Assembly (NCBI GenBank): GCA_020348985.1
Contig: CP070761.1
Coordinates: 2,071,177-2,113,915, forward strand
Length of the DNA stretch: 42,739 bases
Direction of reading: 5' to 3'
DNA from: Candidatus Thorarchaeota archaeon
GTDB taxonomy: Archaea; Asgardarchaeota; Thorarchaeia; Thorarchaeales; Thorarchaeaceae
The first letter of the stretch is position 1; every line of letters starts with the position of its first letter. Below are positions 39,082 to 42,739 of the stretch, piece after piece. The notes beneath the pieces are model-generated. The model was not told where the DNA came from. It did not search any database and saw nothing but the letters and a program-made list of their open reading frames with translations. The translations under genes were made by a program, and so were the position numbers.

Positions 39082-39213
39082 TTAAAAGAAAGGGCTGTAC
39101 CAAGGAATAGTCAAGAATAGCGGTCCCCCAAGAACAAGAGCTATGACCAAAACTATGATTACGATTATGATGACCTTTCTGCGTCTTCGCTGCCTCCGAG
39201 TGAGCTGAGTCAT
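39082..39213 (-). CDS. 43-aa single-pass membrane peptide, below the ORF-track cut-off
   Basis: MTQLTRRQRRRRKVIIIVIIVLVIALVLGGPLFLTIPWYSPFF-stop; GTGGGGG SD-like sequence; 14 nt downstream of the co-oriented 252-aa gene. Confidence 0.72.
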   Translation of the reverse strand: MTQLTRRQRRRRKVIIIVIIVLVIALVLGGPLFLTIPWYSPFF

Positions 39214-39227
39214 TTCATATCCCCCAC

Positions 39228-39986
39228 TTAATCAGTCATACCTTGCTCTCTTACTAGCCTCTTCTTCCAAGCCTTCTCGATCCTCTTCTCTCTGTTGTAA
39301 TTTCCCATCTCACCGAACGAGTGTTTCGGAGCGCCATTGTAGACTGCATTTCCTTCGAACAAGAGAAGTAGGATAAAAGGTATGAAACCAGTAAGGTCGC
39401 CTCCCAAGTATAGTCCTAACACGCTTAACCAAATAGATGTGATAATCGTCCAGAATCCCGCGAAGAAAAAGAACCACTTCCGTTTTGGTGGGCGAGCTTT
39501 CAAGAGACTCACATAATCTATCTTCAAGGTTGGCTCGTAAGCCTGACTTCTGCCCACGCCTTCGAAGCGAATCCCTGCCCACCTACCTGCAATGAGCCTG
39601 CCAAATGGATAGAAGAAGAAGATAACTGCCATTATCGCGAGAAACCTCAGCGCTAAGAATCCCCAACCTCCTAGACCCCAATCAGATAACGCCATCCAAT
39701 TCAAGGGTGTCTGAAGGAGTGTCATGTAGAACCAAACCATGATGATTCCGCCAACAAACTCGGCGAAGAGGATTGGTGCCATCGGATAAGTCGGTCCACG
39801 TATAACCTTGTACAAGAGATTCCTGATTTCTGCGGCCAGAACGATCTCATCATCGCTAGGACTCGTTTCTCTCTTGATTTGTCTAACCAGTTTCCAGAAA
39901 TGCTTCCTTGTTTCAGGAGGAACTCCTTTCGGATCTGCTGCTACCTCATCTCGGATTTGCTGAAGCTCTATCAGTCTTTCACTCAT
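39228..39986 (-). CDS. Membrane protein, possibly a degenerate M50/site-2-protease-like fold
   Basis: Soluble N-domain and 4 TM helices; YPFGRLIAGRWAGIRF and PTLKIDY.S.LKA.P.KR....AG. Confidence 0.75.
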   Translation of the reverse strand: MSERLIELQQIRDEVAADPKGVPPETRKHFWKLVRQIKRETSPSDDEIVLAAEIRNLLYKVIRGPTYPMAPILFAEFVGGIIMVWFYMTLLQTPLNWMALSDWGLGGWGFLALRFLAIMAVIFFFYPFGRLIAGRWAGIRFEGVGRSQAYEPTLKIDYVSLLKARPPKRKWFFFFAGFWTIITSIWLSVLGLYLGGDLTGFIPFILLLLFEGNAVYNGAPKHSFGEMGNYNREKRIEKAWKKRLVREQGMTD

Positions 39987-40077
39987 CCTAACGCGCCCAC
40001 AACGTCAAATGACCTGTCATCCTGATGAAGTCTTCGACAATAGGGGCCTATTGGTCTCGTTGAGCAAAAGGTGTCAA

Positions 40078-40338
40078 TCACCACTTCTTTCTGGTTCGGT
40101 GGCGTCTAGTTCTCTCCCATCTTCGTTTTATGTGATGAGAACGATGCTGCGCGCTCGAACTGTATACTGCAAGGTTACCTGGTCTATTGTCAGTCTTTCT
40201 CTTGTTTCTGTGGTGGACGACCTCCCCGGGTTCAAGTCTCCGCCCCATCTTCTTCTCTGCAGCCCAGCGGTGGACGAGTTTTCCCGAGTCGACAAACCGG
40301 AGATAACCTTGGGAATCTCGATACGTCTTCCTTCCCAT
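40078..40338 (-). CDS. Stand-alone HNH endonuclease-domain protein (86 aa)
   Basis: GYLR, VHRWAAEKKMGRRL..GEVVHHRNKRKTDNRPGNL...QH..HH. Confidence 0.85.
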   Translation of the reverse strand: MGRKTYRDSQGYLRFVDSGKLVHRWAAEKKMGRRLEPGEVVHHRNKRKTDNRPGNLAVYSSSAQHRSHHIKRRWERTRRHRTRKKW

Positions 40339-40406
40339 AGTGGGACATTGACGCCGGTCCCATTAAAGGAATGTGTTCATTTTCACTTGAGGATTCAAAT
40401 CGCGCG

Positions 40407-40853
40407 TCAATCGTCCTGATGACTGGTCTTCGTGAGCCTCAGCTCTTCCACTAGCTCTAGAGATGTTCTTCCTACTACCCCTCCGAATCCTCCGAGCAGT
40501 CCTCCTAAGAGAATGGAAAGAGAGACAACGAGTCGGCCGAACCCCGGGGCTCCGATCAGCACTGCAAAGAACTCGCCGACAACATATGCCTGGCCGATGT
40601 AGTTCAAGTACAGAAAGATCATGGACCACGCTGTGGCTACTCCCAGAAACCCGGTTACAAAGGCATGAAGGATTCTCCTCGTGAAGACAGCACCTATAGC
40701 CCCTGCCGGAATCATAAGAACCCAGAATCCAGTCTGCTGCAGAATGAAGGCAAGAAGAATCGTGGTCATGTATCCGTGGAAGATTCCGGTTTCCATGAAT
40801 GTTCTCTCAAAGACCCCCTGAAACATAAGGATTCTCTGGCATGGGCTGTCCAT
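40407..40853 (-). CDS. Small Gly-rich membrane protein (about 4 TM)
   Basis: Hydrophobic ORF with GxxxG repeats. The true start is probably a downstream Met. Confidence 0.72.
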   Translation of the reverse strand: MDSPCQRILMFQGVFERTFMETGIFHGYMTTILLAFILQQTGFWVLMIPAGAIGAVFTRRILHAFVTGFLGVATAWSMIFLYLNYIGQAYVVGEFFAVLIGAPGFGRLVVSLSILLGGLLGGFGGVVGRTSLELVEELRLTKTSHQDD

Positions 40854-41002
40854 TTGACTATTAATGTTGGGAAAACAACGTTGGATCCATGTCGCAGTTT
40901 TGTGGACTCCTGCAAAACCAATCGAGAAGGCAACCGAAAATCAGAAGGTTCAAATCACGTAAAACAAGACTCTGGAAACCTGTAACAGAGGGTGTATTCG
41001 TC

Positions 41003-42550
41003 ATGACCGATGAACGATTTGAGGAATTGGAAAAGAAGCGCGAAGAGGCCAAGCTAGGTGGAGGCGAGGAACGAATCAAGCGGCAGCACGATCAAGGGAA
41101 GCTCACTGCAAGGGAGAGAGTTGACAAGCTGCTTGACCCCGGATCATTTGTCGAGATAGACGAGTTCGTTGTCCACAGAGAAACGGGGTTCGGCATGGAA
41201 GAGAAACAGATTCTTGGCGACGGAGTCATCACGGGCTACGGCACTATAGATGGTCGTAAGGTCTACATCTTCAGCCAGGATTTCACTGTATTCGGCGGGT
41301 CGCTCTCCGAGATGTATGGTCTGAAAATCGTCAAGATTATGGACCTGGCCATGTCAACTGGAGCACCGGTCATCGGTCTCAACGACGGTGCAGGCGCACG
41401 TGTCCAGGAAGGAGTCAAGGCCCTCGCATCTTATGCTTGGATATTCTATAGAAACACAATCGCCAGCGGAGTTGTCCCTCAAATATCAGCCATTCTAGGT
41501 CCATGTGCCGGCGGAGCAGTCTACAGTCCGGCCGTGACTGACTTCACTCTCATGGTCAAAGACAAATCGTACATGTTCATTACTGGTCCTGAAGTCATCA
41601 AGACAGTTACGGGCGAAGAGGTGACATTCGAAGAACTTGGAGGTGCCATGACACACAACTCGGTAAGTGGAGTTGCCAGCTTTCTCAGTGAGGACGAAGA
41701 AGACTGTTTCTCGCAGATCAAGACTCTCCTCAGCTACATTCCCAGCAACAATCTTGAGGATCCACCAAGGATTGACACTGGACATGCCTCTGATGACTTC
41801 GATGAGTCAATCGATGAAGTGGTTCCAGAAGATCCGAATGTTCCTTACGATATGAGGGATGTCGTCACAAAAGTAGTCGACAATGGAGAGTTCTTCGAAG
41901 TACACGAGTACTGGGCAAAGAACATGATTGTTGGATTCGCAAGATTCGATGGTCGTTCAGTAGGCATCGTTGGAAACAATCCCGCCCATCTTGCTGGCAC
42001 TCTGGACATCAACGCTTCAGACAAGTGCTCGCGGTTTGTTAGATTCTGTGATGCCTTCAACATTCCAATCATCACTTTCATGGATGTGCCGGGTTATCTG
42101 CCGGGGACCGCGCAGGAATGGGGCGGCATTATCAGGCATGGAGCGAAGATTCTATACGCATTCAGTGAAGCGACCGTCCCCAAGATTACTATCATCACGA
42201 GGAAAGCCTACGGAGGGGCCTACGATGTTATGAGCTCCAAACACATTGGGGCGGACTTGGTTTATGCATGGCCCAATTCTGAGATTGCCGTCATGGGCCC
42301 CGATGGAGCTATCAACATCATATTCCGAAAAGAAATCAAGGCGGCAAAGAACAAGGAAAAGAAGCGTGCCGAACTTGTGAAGGAGTATCGGGAGAGATTT
42401 GCCAACCCCTACATTGCCGCTGGTCTTGGATACATCGACAAGGTAATCTTCCCGCGCGAGACAAGGTCACTGATTTGCAAGGGGCTTGATGCGCTCGCAA
42501 GCAAGAGGCAGAGCCGGCCTCCAAAGAAGCATGGGAATATCCCTCTCTGA
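41003..42550 (+). CDS. pccB: Acyl-CoA carboxylase carboxyltransferase subunit (propionyl-CoA carboxylase beta / methylmalonyl-CoA decarboxylase alpha family)
   Basis: [69 protein letters not shown] start at 41003. Confidence 0.94.
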   Translation: MTDERFEELEKKREEAKLGGGEERIKRQHDQGKLTARERVDKLLDPGSFVEIDEFVVHRETGFGMEEKQILGDGVITGYGTIDGRKVYIFSQDFTVFGGSLSEMYGLKIVKIMDLAMSTGAPVIGLNDGAGARVQEGVKALASYAWIFYRNTIASGVVPQISAILGPCAGGAVYSPAVTDFTLMVKDKSYMFITGPEVIKTVTGEEVTFEELGGAMTHNSVSGVASFLSEDEEDCFSQIKTLLSYIPSNNLEDPPRIDTGHASDDFDESIDEVVPEDPNVPYDMRDVVTKVVDNGEFFEVHEYWAKNMIVGFARFDGRSVGIVGNNPAHLAGTLDINASDKCSRFVRFCDAFNIPIITFMDVPGYLPGTAQEWGGIIRHGAKILYAFSEATVPKITIITRKAYGGAYDVMSSKHIGADLVYAWPNSEIAVMGPDGAINIIFRKEIKAAKNKEKKRAELVKEYRERFANPYIAAGLGYIDKVIFPRETRSLICKGLDALASKRQSRPPKKHGNIPL

Positions 42551-42739
42551 TTTCAGTCAGTATACTATGAATCGCTAAGGGAAGGTATTGCAGTCAACAC
42601 TTCCAGTTCCTGAACCTAAACTTCCAGCACTTGCATTTCCACCAGTTATGGTGTCTCCACCTCTTTGACTTGACGCCATGATTGTCAATCTCTAGAGTTG
42701 CAGCAGTATCTGTTTCGTCTATCAATCCGATGAATGATT

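Noticed and set aside
4174-42524. Numerous 60-170 aa ORFs antisense or out of frame within assigned genes
   Set aside because: These are shadow ORFs of well-supported genes with no independent signals.
1-42739. Genome-wide TGA recoding (genetic code 4 or 25)
   Set aside because: Many conserved genes end at TGA exactly where homologs end, including the mutase, pccB and meaB.

Overview
Gene-dense archaeal-type chromosomal window with TATA-like promoters, GGAGG/GGTGA Shine-Dalgarno (SD) motifs, a split methylmalonyl-CoA mutase and a PIP-box-bearing protein. The gene content looks like Asgard archaea, possibly Thorarchaeia, but this is inference because no marker gene is present. Most of it is acyl-CoA and organic-acid catabolism: the 3' end of one acyl-CoA mutase paralog, a VAO/PCMH-type FAD oxidoreductase with a CCG Fe-S partner, an alpha/beta hydrolase, a Liv-type ABC importer operon that also carries a HEAT-repeat protein and an acyl-CoA ligase, a two-subunit CoA transferase, the mutase small subunit-MeaB-mutase large subunit-epimerase operon, BirA and a PccB-type carboxyltransferase. 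The best candidates for something new are: (1) a divergent SRAP/HMCES + DUF72 pair whose C-termini carry clamp-binding-like motifs, close to an RNase HIII; (2) two 'surface protein + membrane-tethered wHTH regulator' cassettes, one preceded by a TGTTCAA operator-like array; (3) an orphan hairpin-U8 terminator that implies a structured RNA of about 240 nt at 3730-3975; (4) an ACR3 gene interrupted by a single in-frame TGA; (5) several unannotated or unusual small genes, including a 43-aa membrane peptide, a probable CTG start, an Ntn hydrolase lacking its Cys and a stand-alone HNH. I saw no rRNA, tRNA, CRISPR array or transposase. All family assignments come from motif recognition by eye, not from database searches.
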